Source of the DNA: an uncultured Gemmatimonadaceae bacterium
GTDB taxonomy: Bacteria; Gemmatimonadota; Gemmatimonadetes; Gemmatimonadales; Gemmatimonadaceae
Reading direction: 5' to 3'
Length of the DNA: 64,000 nt
Assembly (NCBI GenBank): GCA_963829055.1
Contig: CAWHHI010000004.1
Location: 288,001 to 352,000, forward strand
This document shows positions 36,312 to 49,675 of the stretch, one piece after another; the stretch's first letter is position 1; each line of letters opens with the position of its first letter. Below the pieces are notes generated by a model, which saw only the letters and a list, made by a program, of their open reading frames with translations, was not told where the DNA came from and made no database searches. The position numbers were made by a program, and so were the translations under genes.

Positions 36312-37984
36312 GTGAACGCGCGCGACGCAAGCGGGATTCACGGGCGCGCGGTGCCGGCGACGGAGCAGGAACGGCGAGCTTTGAAAACGCCTGACGTGAA
36401 ATCGAAGGGAATCGATCGCCCGGCGCAGACCGAGGCGCTGCTGTCCGCTGCAGGACTCGATGTGCTCGGCGCGCTGAGCACCGGGATCGTCTGCGTCCTT
36501 CCTGACGGAACAATCTCCGCGGTGAACGATGCCGCGGCAGAAGCGCTCGCCGCGGACTCGCGACAGATCGGCTCCGATTTCTGGAGCTCGTTCCCAGCGC
36601 TGCACGACGGTCGCGGACACGATCACATCGCCGCGACCATCCTCGACGGCGCCCCGCGTGTGTTCCACGCCGCGCTCCCCGGTGGACACGCCGATGCGGT
36701 GCACGAGATCCGCGTCGCGCGCACTCGCGCCGGCTGGCTCGTGTTCGAGATTCGCGAGACGACACATCAGACGCGCGACTCGTCTGGCGAGGAAGGCGAG
36801 CCGCTCCGCGAGATCGCGCGCCGCATGGCGGCTGGCTCGGACTCCGAGGCGCTGCTCTGCGTGCTCTGCGACGCCGCGCGCGAGATCGCCGGCGCGGACG
36901 GCGCGGCCGTCGCTCGGCTGGCGGGAGCGGACGGCATCGTCGTCGCGTCGTCAGGCAGCGAGGCGCCTGACGAGGGCACGTTGTTCGGCATGGTCGACTC
37001 GCTCGCCGGGAACGCGCTGCGCAGTCGCAACCTGATCGTCGAGCAGGACGATCCTTCGCTCGCCTGGCCGGTCTTTGCACCCGACGCGAAGCGTCGGTGA
37101 GGTCGCCGTGGCGCCGCTCATCGCCGCGGACCAGCCGGTCGGCGTGCTGTGCGCGTGGCACTCGCGATCGACGGCGACGTCTTCTCGCAGCGGGATCGAC
37201 AGCGGCTGCGGACAATCGCCGATCACGCGGCCGTCGTGCTCGTGAAGGCGCGACTGCTCGAGGAAGCACAGGCGGCCACGCACGCGAAGGGCGTCGTTCC
37301 TCGCCACGATCTCGCACGAGCTGCGGACGCCGCTCACGGCACTCGCGGGCTACGGCGAGCTGCTCGCGGACGAGATCCTCGGCCCGCTCAGCACGCATCA
37401 GCTGGATATGGTCGACCGCATGCGGTCGGTGACGCATCAGCTCGGGGTCATGGTCGATGAGCTGCTGACGTTCTCGGCGCTCGAAGCGGGGCGCGAGATC
37501 GTCCACGCGCGGACGTGTCGACTGGCCGATATCATGGAAGCGGTGACAACTGTCATCGAGCCGCTCGCACGACAGAAGGATCTCGCCCTCACGTGACGCT
37601 GCCGGAGCGCGCGACCTGGCTGCTACACGGACGGGGAAAAGGTCCGGCAGATCCTGGTGAACCTGATGGGCAACGCCGTCAAGTTCACGGACAGTGGCAG
37701 GTGACGCTGAGCGCGTCGCGCGTCGTAACGGCGAGGTGCACGATCGACGTGCAGCGACACGGGCATCGGCATCAGACGAATTCGATCTCGGCAGGCTCTT
37801 CCAGCCATTCACGCAGCTCGACGCCGGGCTCACTCGCCGTCATGGCGGCACGGGGCTCGGGCTCTACAACTCCAGTCGCCTCGCCCGACTGCTCGGCGGC
37901 CATATCGACGTCGACCTCCGCGCCCGGGGCGAGGGCAGCACGTTCAGCCTGATCATCCCGGCCCGGTACAGCACGCTCGGGTAG
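36312..37984 (+). CDS. PAS-GAF sensor histidine kinase (frame breaks; start uncertain)
   Basis: VNDAAAEAL (PAS), LRTIADHAAV (GAF end), [35 protein letters not shown]. Confidence 0.85.
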
Positions 37985-37989
37985 CCGGG

Positions 37990-38137
37990 GTCATTCCGAG
38001 TCGGGTGTCATTCCGAGCGAGCGGAGCGAGTCGAGGAATCGAGACTCTGCCCGGAGACGAGCCCTCTACCCGCATGATCGCGATTCCTCGACTCCGCGCC
38101 TTCGCGCTCCGCTCGATGCACCCGGCTCGGAATGACA
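37990..38137. repeat. REP/MITE-like palindromic element, GTCATTCCGAG subfamily
   Basis: GTCATTCCGAGTCGGGTG pairs with CACCCGGCTCGGAATGAC; interior is the inverted near-copy of the 1012-1137 element. Confidence 0.85.
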
Positions 38138-38165
38138 ACCGGCTCGCCGAAGTTAGATTTCTTTC

Positions 38166-40940
38166 ATGTCCAGCGCCCCTATTACGAGCGTGTACAACGA
38201 CGGCTACATCGCCGAGGTCTACGAGGCGTACCGTCGCGACCCGGCGTCCGTCGACGAGTCCTGGCGCCAGTTCTTCCGCTTCGCGGAGCAGCTCGGTGGG
38301 TCCGCTTCGACGTCCACCACAGTTGCCGCGGACCCGGTCTACCTTCGAAAGGTCGCCGGCGCGGCGGCACTCGTCGACGCGATTCGACAGTACGGTCATC
38401 TCGCCGTGCAGCTCGATCCGCTCGGATCGTCGCCACCCGGCGCCGCTGAGCTGACTCCGGAGTTCCACGGCATCACCGAAGCCGACCTGCAGCTCGTGCC
38501 GGCGCTCGCGCTCGGCTTCGACGTCGGGACGGCCGCGGACGTCACCGCGCGTCTTCGCGATCTCTACTCGTCGACGATGGGCTTCGAGTTCGCGCACCTC
38601 GGCGAGGAGAACGGAGCGCGAGTGGTTCCGCGAGACGATCGAGCACGAGACAGCTCGCGCGATACCTAACGCCGGAAGAGAAGCGCGCCATCCTCGAGCG
38701 CCTGAGCGAGGTGGACGGTCTCGAGCGCTTCATCGGTCGCGCGTGGGTGAACATGAAGCGGTTCTCCATCGAGGGAACCGACGCGCTCGTGCCGATGCTC
38801 GACGTCGCTCATCGAGGAGTCCGCGCCGCGCGGGCGCGCGCGAGGTCGTGATCGGCATGGCGCATCGCGGACGCATCAACGTCCTCACGCACATCCTCGG
38901 CAAGCCGTACGCGACCGTGTTCGGCGAGTTCGACGGCAAGCACGCCGCCGCGTCCGCCGAGAGCGAGACGGGCGACGTGAAGTACCACCTTGGCGCTCGC
39001 ACGGAGCGCGACGCTCGCCGATGGTCGAACGGTCGGCGTGCAGCTCGTGCCGAATCCGAGCCATCTCGAGGTCGTGAATCCGGTGCTCACGGGCGTCGCG
39101 CGCGCGCGGCAGCGCGTGACGGCCGGCGAGCGCCTGACGAGTGAGCTCGACGCGCTCGCGGTGGTGCCCGTGCTCGTGCACGGCGACGCCGCGTTCCCGG
39201 GCGAGGGCGTCGTGGCCGAGACGCTGAACATGTCGCGGCTCCGCGGCTACACGGTCGGTGGCTCGCTGCACATCATCGTCGAACAACCAGGTCGGCTTCA
39301 CGACCGATCCGACCGACGCGCGCTCCACGCACTACGCGAGCGATCTCGCGAAGGGCTTCGAGATCCCGATCGTCCACGTGAACGCCGACGATCTGGAGGC
39401 GTGCATCGCGGCGGTGCGGCTCGGCGTCGCGTATCGCACGAAGTTCAGGAAGGACTTCCTCATCGATCTCGTCGGCTATCGTCGTCACGGCCACAACGAG
39501 GGCGACGAGCCGACGTTCACGCAGCCGACGCTGTACGCGACGATCAAGGCGCATCCCACGACGCGGCAGGTGTGGGGCGAGCGGCTGGTGCGCGAAGGCG
39601 TCGTGACGCGGAGGACGTGCAGGCGGCCGAGCGCGACGTCGCGCAGCAGCTCGAGGAGACGTACGACGAGGTCGAAGAAGGCGACGCACGGAGGACGATC
39701 ACGAGATCGAGTGGCGACAAGGCGCCGCCTCCGACGGATCGTCGAGACGGCAGTGCGCGCCGAGCAGCTCGTCGCGCTGAACGAACAGCTGCTGGCCTGG
39801 CCCACGGGCTTCAGCGCGCATCCACGGCTCGCGAAACAGCTCGAGCGCCGTCGCGACGCGATGGGCGAAGCTGGCGGCATCGACTGGGGGCATGCCGAGT
39901 CGCTCGCGTTCGCCTCGCTGCTCGCCGAGGGGACGTCGGTCCGGCTGTCGGGCCAGGACGCCGAGCGCGGAACGTTCTCGCATCGTCACGCGGTGCTGCA
40001 CGACCCGAACACCGGCCAGACGTTCACGCCGCTGCAGCACCTGCCTAACGCCAGCGGGCAGTTCGAGATCTACAACAGCCCGCTGTCCGAGACGGGCGTG
40101 CTCGGCTTCGAGTACGGCTACAGCACCGCGGCCGACGATACGCTGGTGCTCTGGGAAGCGCAGTTCGGCGACTTCGTGAACGTCGCGCAGCCGATCATCG
40201 ACCAGTTCATCGCCGCCGACCGCGCCAAGTGGGCGCAGGATTCCGGCGTCGTGCATGCTGCTGCCGCACGGCTACGAAGGGCAGGGGCCGGAGCACTCGA
40301 GCGCACGTCTCGAGCGCTTCCTCCAGCTCTGTGCCGACGGGAACCTGCGCGTCGCGTATCCGTCGCACGCCGGCGCAGTACTTCCACATTCTGCGTCGTC
40401 AGGCGAAGTCGGATTCGCGACGTCCGCTGATGCTGATGCAGCCCAAGAGCCTTCTGCGCCTTCCGCAGGCGGCGTCGCGGCTCGAGGATCTCGCGAACGG
40501 CCGATTCGCGTCGGTGATCGACGATCAGATCGGTCGGTGATCGGCGCGATGACGTGCAGCGCGTCGTGTTCTGCACCGGCAAGATGTTACTACGATCTCA
40601 ACGGCGAAGGAGCGTCCGGCGAACGTCGCGATCGCGCGCGTCGAGGAGCTGTATCCGTGGCCGGCGCGAGCAGGTCTCGCGCATCGTCGACCTCTATCCG
40701 CAACGTCGACCGAAGTCGTCTGGGCGCAGGAAGAGCCGAAGAACATGGGCGCGTGGAGCTACGTGTGCGCCGCGGCTGCGTGCCTGCACGGGCAACGCGA
40801 TGCTCATTCGCTACATCGGGCGTCCGGAGCGCGCGAGCCCGGCGGAAGGGTACCTGACGTCGCATCAGGAAGAGCAGGCGCGCATCGTCACCGATGCGCT
40901 CGAGGTGCCAGCGAAGCGAAAGGCGGCAGCACGGTCGTAA
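38166..40940 (+). CDS. sucA: 2-oxoglutarate dehydrogenase E1 (many frame breaks)
   Basis: [114 protein letters not shown]. Confidence 0.96.
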
Positions 40941-40971
40941 TCGACGCGCTGCCATCCCGAGGAACGACACC

Positions 40972-43700
40972 GTGCGGTCAGGCGTTGAACGCTCGGCGGT
41001 GCGTCTGCCGCCGTCGGCAGTGCTGTTGCTCTTGGCGCGCTCACGGCGCCGCCTGCCCTCCCGGGCGCAGGGCATCCCGCGACTCGACGAGGCGATCTCG
41101 GGCCTGTCCGTTCCCATGCGTGTGCTCGTCATCGCCGCGCACCCGGACGATGAGGACACGCAGCTCATCACGTGGCTCGCGCGCGGGCGGCACGTCGAGA
41201 CGGCGTACCTCTCGCTCACGCGCGGCGACGGCGGTCAGAACCTGCTCGGCAACGAGCTCGGCGATGCGTTAGGCGCCATCCGCACCGAGGAGCTGCTCGC
41301 GGCGCGACGCATCGATGGCGGCCGCCAGTACTTCACGCGCGCGTACGACTTCGGTTTCTCGAAGACGTCCGACGAGACGTTCCGGCACTGGCCGAGGGAC
41401 TCGATCCTCCGCGACGTCGTGACGGTCGTGCGGTCGTTCAAGCCGCACGTCATCGTCGCGCATGTTCTCCGGCACGCCGCGCGACGGCCACGGGCACCAT
41501 CAGGCGTCGGGCATTCTCGCGCGCGAGGCGTACGACGTCGCGGGTGACACGGTGCGATTCCCGGCGAGCGTCACCGCATGGGCTGGCGCCGTGGACGCCG
41601 CTCAAGTTCTATCGCGGTGCGTGGTCGGCGCAGCGGCGACAGACCCGGTGCTGCGCATCAACGTCGGCGAGTTCGATCCGATGCTCGGGCGCTCGTACGC
41701 CGAGATCGCGGCGGAGAGCCGGTCGCAGCACAAGTCGCAGGCGTTCGGGTCGCTCCAGCCGAAGGGCGCGCGATTCACGCAGGTGCGTCGCGAGGCGACG
41801 CGCGTGAACGAGTCGCAGGCGCCGGGAACGGAGAAGTCGCTGTTCGACGGCATCGACACGACGTGGGCGCGGTTCAGGACGTCCGACAACGTCGCCGGAG
41901 GTCGCGCGCGCTCGTCGATTCGCTTCCGCGGCCAGTTGCGGCAAGCGCAGGCGTCGCCGTACCTCCGCGACGCCGGCCTCGGCCGTGCCGGCGCTGCACG
42001 CGCTGTGCTGAGCCTGGCGCTCCGTGCGCACGACGCCGACAGCGGCATCTCGGCGCGTCCGGGTCGCCTGACGCCGCGGCGAGCGCGAACGTCGGGCGAC
42101 TTGCCGATCTGGACGAGGCGCTCCGCATCGAGCAGAACGGTGAAGCGCGCTCGCGCTAGCGAGCGGGGTCGCGGTCGAGGCGAGGCGGAGCCGCGCGATC
42201 AGTCGCGACGGCGACAGCGCTCGCCGCTCACAGCTCACGGTCTACAATCGCGGCACGGTCCGGTCGACGCAAGCCCGGAGTCCGTTCTACATCGTGCGTG
42301 CCGAAGCGTGGCCGCTCGCTGAGCGGCGGAATGCGCAGCGCTCGCCGTGCTCGGGCGACGAGCACAGCTACCATTCTCCCCGACAGCGCGCGCACGTGGC
42401 GCGCTGGGTCGTGTGCGCGCCGAGCGGCTCGGCGCACTCGCCGTACTGGCTGAGTCGGACGGCGCGCCGGGCGACATGTTCCGGCACGCGCGAGCCTGGT
42501 CGAAATCCGAGAGCGCAGGCGACGGCGGGCGCAGTCGTGTGGGTCCGTCCAGTTGCCGGGTGACCCGACTGCTCGGCAAGCCGGTTCGACATCGACGACG
42601 CCGATCGTGTATCCGCTACGCCGATCCGCTGCGTGGCGATGTGAGTCGCCCGCTGGCGTTACGTGCCCGAGGTGTCGGTGACGCTCGATCGGGCGATCGA
42701 GTACGCGCCCGCGCGCACGCCACTCGTCAGGCAGCTTCGCGTGGAGCTCCGCTCGGCCGCCACGACGTCGCGGGATGTTCGCGTCTCGCTGCAGCTCCCC
42801 GCCGGCCTTCGCGCCGACTCGGCCACGCGGATCGGTGACGCTGCCGGCGTACGACGCGGTGCGCAGTGCGACGTTCACGGTGCGCGGTGAGCTTCCGGCC
42901 GGGTCGACACACGATCTCCGTCGTCGCGGAGTCGAACGGGAAGCGCTTCACGCAACGGCTACACGGCGATCGAGTACGATCACATTCGCCCGCAGCGGCT
43001 GTATCGCGATGCGGCCGTCGCGATCGAAGCGGTCGATCTCAAGGTGCCGCCGACGCGGTCATCGCGTACATCCAGGGCGTCGGCGACAACTCGGCCGCCA
43101 TGCTGCAGCAGCTCGGGTTGCGCGTCACGACGCTCAACCCGGCCGACATCCCGAAGACGGATCTGTCCCGGTACAACGCGATCGTCGTCGGCACGCGCGC
43201 GTACGAGTCGAACGACGCGCTCGTGGCGAACAACGCGGCGCTGCTCGACTACGTGAAGCAGCGGCGGGACGATGGTCGTGCAATACGGGCAGACGAGATG
43301 ACAGCAGCCCGGGCATCATGCCGTATCCGATCACGCTCGCGCGGCCGGCGGATCGAGTGACGGACGAGGCGAGTCCGATCCGCATGCTCGACCCGAAGGC
43401 GCGGGTGCTGACGTACCCGAACGCGATCACGGACGCGGACTTCGCGGGCTGGATTGCAGGACCGTTCGCTGTACATGCCGCGCACGCATGCCGCGGAGTA
43501 CGCCGCGGTGCTCTCGACGAACGACCCGGGCGAGCACACCTAACGATGGGGCGATCCTGGTGGCGAAGTACGGCGCGGGGACGTACGTGTACACGACGCT
43601 GGCGTTCTTCCGTCAGCTGCCTAACGGTGTCCCGGGCGCGGCGCGCCTGTTCGTGAACCTGCTGGCCGCGAAGGCGCCGGATAAGACTGTGGTGCCGTGA
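40972..43700 (+). CDS. Secreted PIG-L family deacetylase with C-terminal Ig-like and glutamine-amidotransferase-like regions (frame breaks)
   Basis: AAHPDDED, TRGDGGQN, RTEELLAARRIDG, DFGFSK, GHGHHQASG, SRSQHKSQAFG, IVVGTRAY, FFRQLPNGVPGAARLFVNLL. Confidence 0.88.
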
Positions 43701-43930
43701 GGGAGGCCGGAGGAAGGAGGCCGGAGGACGGAGCGGAGGCGGAGGCGGACGGCGGAGGCGGGCGACCCGAGCGGCAGCGTGTCATCCCGAGCGGCAGCGA
43801 GGGATCTCCTCGGAAGTCTCGGGGCCAGTCCGGCCACGATGTCCTCCGGAGATCCCTCGCTGCGCTCGGGATGACAGCTCCACCGTCCGCCGTCCGGCCT
43901 CCGTCTCCTAAGGCCTGCCTGCCTGACGGC
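43701..43930. repeat. REP-like hairpin (43780-43876) nested between inverted GGAGGC/GGACGGC-type short repeats
   Basis: TGTCATCCCGAGCGGCAGCGAGGGATCTCC ... GGAGATCCCTCGCTGCGCTCGGGATGACA; partial left-end duplicate near 43766; lies between convergent genes. Confidence 0.8.
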
Positions 43931-45593
43931 CTCACGCTGGAACGCGCTCACGACCAGTCCGACGATCACCACCGTCACCGCGCCGATCACGTTGTGCCAG
44001 AGGAACGCGACCTCCGGCGGCCGAACGTTCACCGCGCCAACCACCGAGATGCCCGCGATGCAGCCCGATGAACGCGCCCGTGCGCACGTGACCCTCGGAA
44101 TCATCGCCAGCAGGAAGACGCCGAGGATCGAGCCGTAGAAGAACGAGCCGAACCGGTTCACGACCTCGATCAGCGAGCCGAGGCTCACCGCGTACGATCG
44201 CGATGATGCACGCGAAGACGCCCCAGATCACCGTCGCGATCTTCGACGCCCGGACATACGCGGCGTCCGGCGCGTTAGGCCGCAACCACCGGCGGTAGAA
44301 GTCGATCACCGACGCCGTCGCCAGCGAGTTGAGCTCGCCGGCCACCGCCGACATTGCGGCCGCCATCACCGCCGCGATGAAGATCCCCGTCAGACCCACG
44401 GGCAAGGTCGAACAGCACGAAGTGCGGGATGATGTAGTTCACATCCCTCGACGACTCGCCGGTCACGCGCGCCGCCAGCGCCAGCGCCTCCGTGCGCACG
44501 TCCTCGACGCGTTTCTCGGCCGATGCGGAACGCTGTCGCGCGTGGCCGACGTCTTCGCGCGCGGCGATCGCCACGTGCGGCCGCGTCACGTTGCGCGAGT
44601 GCGGCGCCGTATTGCGTCGCCAGCGCCTGGTACTGCCGCCGGCTGCGCCTCCCGCACGCGACGGTCGTGTGTCGGGTTGAACAGCATCGGCGGCGGCTGG
44701 AACAGGTAGATACACGAACACCAGCACGCCGACGAGCAGCACTCCGGCCTGAAGCGGGATCTTCCAGTACGCGCTGATGAGCAGCGAGCTTCGCGCCTCG
44801 TCCACGGACTTCGCCGTGAGGAACCGCTGCACCTGGCTCTGATCGGTGCCGAAGTACGACAGCATCAGGAACGTGCCGCCAATGAGCCCCGACCAGAACG
44901 TGTACGTGCTGCGTGATGTCGAACGAGAAGTCGAACACCCGCAGCCGCCCGACAGCGCCGGCGACGTGGAGCGCCTGCGTCGGGGCTCACGGGCAACTTG
45001 AACAGCACCACCGCGATCACGGCCGCGATCGCGGTCACGACGAGCACCATCTGCTTGACGTCGGCCCACGTGACCGCCTGTACGCCGCCGACGATCGTGT
45101 AGATCACGGTTGGGATTCCCATGATTGCGACCGACCAGCCCGACCGGCCAGCCGAAGATCGATGAGAACACGACCGCGGGCGCGGCGAGAATCGTCCCGC
45201 ACGACATCCCGCGCGAGAGCAGAAACAGGAATGCGGTGAGCGAGCGGGTCTTCGCGTCGAACCGGCGCTCGAGGAATTCATAGGCCGTGAACACGCGCGC
45301 GCCGTGCAGGAACGGCACGAGCGTCACGCCGAGGATCACCATGGCGAGCGGCAGTCCGAAATAGAACTGGACGAACCGCAGCCCGTCCGTCGCGCCCTGG
45401 CCCGGTCGTCCCGATCATCGTGATCGGCCGAGAGCTGGGTCGCCATCACCGAGAGCCCGACTGCCCACCACGGAAGGCTCCGGTTGGCGAGCAGGTAGCC
45501 CTCGATCTCGGTGGAGCGCTTCGTTCGGCGGATGCCGTCAATCCCCACGTACGCGAGGTAGACGACGAGGATCGCCCAGTCGAGAGAGTGCAC
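43908..45593 (-). CDS. Sodium:solute symporter (frame breaks; 3' end approximate)
   Basis: [68 protein letters not shown]...[13 protein letters not shown]. Confidence 0.9.
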
Positions 45594-45599
45594 GAATCC

Positions 45600-45733
45600 C
45601 GTCAGGCTCGTGTAGCGCGACTGCAGCAGCCACAGGAGGAGCAGCGCTCCGACCTGAACGGCCATCACGCGAATCAATGTCTGCCGAAACGTCGGGGTCG
45701 CCGGCGCCGGCGACTCACTCGGGCGATGTCATG
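45600..45733 (-). CDS. Possible small membrane peptide upstream of the symporter
   Basis: [30 protein letters not shown] hydrophobic segment; appears fused to the symporter frame, possibly through an indel. Confidence 0.4.
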
Positions 45734-45904
45734 TCGGGATCGGTGGGTGTCGTGACTCGTGCGCGCATGGAGCGCGGCCGAAGTATCCACTCGCGCGCGC
45801 AACCGGAGCAAGGAGTGCGGCGATGGTCAGGATGAAACCCTGACCTTGTTAGATTCTCGCTGGAGGGCAGCAGCGACTCCAACTCGCTCCAGTGCTCATG
45901 GCCA

Positions 45905-47252
45905 ATGATAGCTACAGCGCTCGCCTGGCAGCGACCGCGCGTGGTGATCGTCGGTGGCGGGTTCGGCGGACTCACCGCCGCGCGAGCGTTTCGCCGATCT
46001 CGACGTCGACGTCACTGTCATCGACCGAGAACAATCACCACACGTTCCAGCCACTCCTCTATCAGGTAGCGACGGCGACGCTCAATCCGAGCGACATCAC
46101 GGCACCGATCCGGCATCGTGCTGCGCTACTCAGCGGAATGCGACGGTGCTGCTCGCGGACGTGATCAGTGTCGACGTCGCGAACCGCACGATCTAACCAT
46201 CGAGGAAGTGCGTGGTCGCATCGCGACGTCGTCCGCTACGACTATCTCATTCTCGCTGCGGGCGCTCGCCACTCGTACTTCGGCCACGACGAGTGGGAAG
46301 TCAGATCGCGCCGGGACTCAAGACCATCGACGATGCGCTCGAGATTCGTCGTCGGTTCCTGCTCGCGCTCGAGCGGGCGGAGCTCACCGATGATCCGGAC
46401 GAGCGCGACAGAGTACATGACGATCGTCATCGTGGGTGGTGGGCCAACGGGCGTCGAGCTCGCGGGCCTCATTCCCGACGTGCTTCGTGGTATCCGTCGC
46501 GACTTTCGCCGCATTGATCCGACTCGCGCGCGCGTGATTCTCATCGAGGGTGGGCCGCGCCTGCTGGCCGCGTTTCCGCAGGAGATGTCGGATCGCGCGC
46601 TGTCGGATCTACGCGAGCTCGGCGTGGACGTGAGGCTCGATTCGGTCGTGACGCGCGTCGAGCGCACGACGGCGTGCATTGGCTCTGGCGAGTGCATTCG
46701 CGACGCGAACGATTTTCTGGGCTGCCGGCAACGCAGCGTCGCCGCTTGCGCGATCGCTCGGCGCACCGCTCGATCGTGCCGGACGCGTTCTCGTGCAGCC
46801 AGATCTTGTCGGTTCCCAGACCATCCGGAGGTGTTCGTCGTCGGCGACATGGCTACGCTGACGGACGTGCGGGGCGTACGGTTCCGTGGCGTGGCGCCGG
46901 CTGCGAATCAGCAGGGCAAGCGCGCCGCCGAGAACATCAAGCTGCTGATTGCGTGACGAGAAAACCGATCGCATTCCGCTATCGCAACAAGGGAGACCTC
47001 GCAACGATCGGCCGATACAAGGCCGTCGCGGACTTCGGGAGCTTTCGCGTCACCGGCTGGATCGCGTGGTGGTTCTGGCTGTTCGTTCACATCATGTATC
47101 TCGTCGGTTTCCGGAACCGCCTCAGCGTGCTGCTGCAGTGGGCGTATTCCTACTTCACGTATCAGCGGGGCGTCCGACTGATCACGCACGAGGATACGGA
47201 ACGGGAGGACCGCTTGGCCGGCGCGTGGCCAGCGCTGAGGACGCGCGCATGA
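45905..47252 (+). CDS. ndh: Type II NADH dehydrogenase-like FAD-dependent oxidoreductase (frame breaks)
   Basis: VVIVGGGFGG, NHHTFQPLLYQVATATL, YDYLILAAGA, PGLKTIDDA, VGGGPTGVELAG, VFVVGD, FRYRNKGDLATIGR, WLFVHIMYLVGFRNR. Confidence 0.9.
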
Positions 47253-47401
47253 CTCGCGAACGTGAACAGATTTCAATGCGCGAGTCTATGGGCGAATGAT
47301 CTGACCTTTGGTTGACGTGCCGAGCAATTGGTCGAATATTCGAAACCCGCGGGGACGTCGACGCCGATGAATCCGCCGCGCACGGCTACTCGGAGCACTG
47401 C

Positions 47402-48030
47402 ATGGCAGCGGATGGCCGTAGCACTACGGCGATCGATGCTCCACCGTCTCCGGTCCGCGTCCTCATCGCTGAGGACGACACCGATCTGCGCGGGGTACTC
47501 AGTCGGAGTCTGAGCGCTATCGGGCACGTCGTCGTCGGCGAAGTAGCGACGATCAGCGGAGGCCATCGAGCGCACGCGCGAGCTCGTCGCCCGACGTGCT
47601 GCTGCTCGATGCGCATCTCGGTCCCGACAAGATGCGTCGAGGCCGCGAAGACGCTCGCGACCGACAATCCCGGCGTGGCGGTCATCTACCTCTGTGGCGA
47701 GCCGGAATTCGTGCTGCGAAGGAGACGTCGCGGGACACGACGGCGATCTCGGTGCTGCCGAGCTCGTGCCCCGCGTCGCGTGCTCGACTCGAGCATTCGA
47801 CTCGCCGCGCAGCGCGCGCGCGAGCTGCGTGCGGCTCGCGAGGAAGTCGCGCGAGTTGGCAGCAGCTCGAGAACCGCAAGGCGATCGAGCGCGCCAAGGG
47901 CATCCTGATGCGGCGCACTGGACTCTCGGAGCAGGAAGCGTATCGCATCCTCCAGCGCACGAGTCAGGACCGATCAGTCCCGATGGTCGACGTCGCGCAG
48001 GAAGTGTTGGACAGCGAACCGGGTAGATAG
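47402..48030 (+). CDS. ANTAR-domain response regulator (frame breaks)
   Basis: RVLIAEDD receiver start; LENRKAIERAKGILMRRTGLSEQEAYRILQRTSQDRSVPMVDVA ANTAR motif. Confidence 0.9.
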
Positions 48031-48046
48031 GGACTCGGCATGCGGG

Positions 48047-48174
48047 TATCAGCTATCAGCTATCGGAGCACGGGAAACGGTGAAACCCTCGGGACGTCTC
48101 TCTTGGCGAGCGAGATCATCCCGAGGGTTTCCGCTTCCCGTTTCCCGTAGCTCGATAGCTGCCAGCTGATAGCT
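48047..48174. repeat. Long intergenic hairpin built from heptamer arrays; possible bidirectional terminator
   Basis: AGCTATC x2, CGGGAAAC, GAAACCCTCGGGA ... TCCCGAGGGTTTC, GTTTCCCG, GATAGCT x2; between convergent genes. Confidence 0.75.
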
Positions 48175-48183
48175 TCTGCTTCT

Positions 48184-49568
48184 CTACGCCGTCGCCGGCG
48201 GACTAACGAACTGCTCGAGCCCCACGCCCAGCATTAGCGTCGCCAGCACGACAGCGGCCGACGTGAAGAACGGAACGCCCGTGCCGAGGTGATCGTAGGC
48301 GAAGCCCGCCCACAGCGGCGCGATGATGCGCGCGACACCGCCGAACGTCTGCTGCACGCCCATGTACAATCCTCGCTCGCGCGGTGGAGATCACCCGCGA
48401 GAGCAGCGCCGTCACGCACGGGAACGTGAACGCGGTGCCGAGCGGGATGAACGCGACGGCGAGCGCCAGCACCGGCAGCGATCGCGCGAGCGGCATCCCG
48501 CCCAGTCCGATCGCCAGCAGCACCACACCGAATCCGCGACAGGCGCGCCTCGCCGAATCGATCGACCGCCTTGCCGAGCAGCAGCACTCGCGTGAACACG
48601 GAGATCGATCCGATGTACATGAAGAAGTAGCTGATCGTCTGCTCGGTCACCTGGTAGCGATCCGCGAGAAACAGCGCGAGCACCGCGGTCACACCCTGAA
48701 ACGCGCCCATGGCGATCGCGTAGATCCAGATGAGCCGCGACGCGGGCTCGCCGGAATGCTCGAGCACTCGCAGCACGGCCTCGCGCGACGAGCGCGGCTT
48801 CTGCGGCGTCGGATGCTGCGCCTCGCTCACCGCGGCGCGACTCGCGCAGGTAGTGCCACGCGAACGCCATGTTCACGAGGCAGAGCAGCGCCGCGAGCAG
48901 ACCGGGCATCGCGTGACCCACCGCGTGCAGCCCCGCAACGTCACCGCCGCCCAGGTTGCACACCTTGTTGCCTAACGTGATGGAAAAGGCGCCGAGCACC
49001 GGGCCGAACGCGACGCCGAGGTTCGTGGCGGCGGAGAGCCAGCCGAGCCCGCGCGCGCGCTGATCGGGCTCCACCGAGTCCGCGACGTACGCCTGGATCA
49101 CGCCGACCGTGCCGCCGCCCGCGCCCTGGACGATGCGCGAGATGAACAGCATCGCCAGCGAGTTGGCGAAGCCGAAGATCACGTACGCGATCGCCGACGC
49201 GCCGAGCGCGACGAGCAGGGCGGGGCGTCGCCCGAATCGATCCGAGAACCGCCCCCACACCGGCGCGCTCACGAGCTGCGCGACCGTGAACGTCGACACG
49301 AGCAGCGCGACCACGGATGCCGATACCGAAATGCACGCGCGCCGATGTTGAACCCTTCGCCGCCCAACCTGCGCGCGTAGAACGGAAGGATCGGCACGAC
49401 GATCAGCAGCCCGACCATGTCGAGGAATGCCGTCGCCATCAGCACCATGAGCTTCGCCGGAATCTTCCGAAGCTCGCGGCCCAGTGTGTACAGGAGTCCC
49501 ACCGCGAGCGCGCCGAGAACGATGCGCACGGCGGGGTGCTCGAGTGATGTCGCGATGTCGAGGACCAT
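48184..49568 (-). CDS. MFS transporter, TetA/DHA1-like (frame breaks)
   Basis: FLDMVGLLIVVPILPFY, WGRFSDRFGRRPAL, QAYVADS, FGPVLG, GVQQTFGGVARIIAP. Confidence 0.9.
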
Positions 49569-49675
49569 GAGGATCTATATGTACGACGCGCGCGGCAGGC
49601 CGCGTCGCGTCCGAACTGGATCGTTTACCGAATCACAACTTCCTGACCTCGGCGGCCGTTCCTGGAAACGACGCC

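Noticed and set aside
36286..37833. Long antisense ORFs (also 27966-29144, 34531-35526 and others)
   Set aside because: Shadow ORFs expected opposite real genes in high-GC DNA; no recognisable motifs.
38166..40940. sucA and other broken genes as pseudogenes or programmed frameshifts
   Set aside because: Breaks are numerous and regional, I saw no consistent slippery sites, and conserved motifs are intact.
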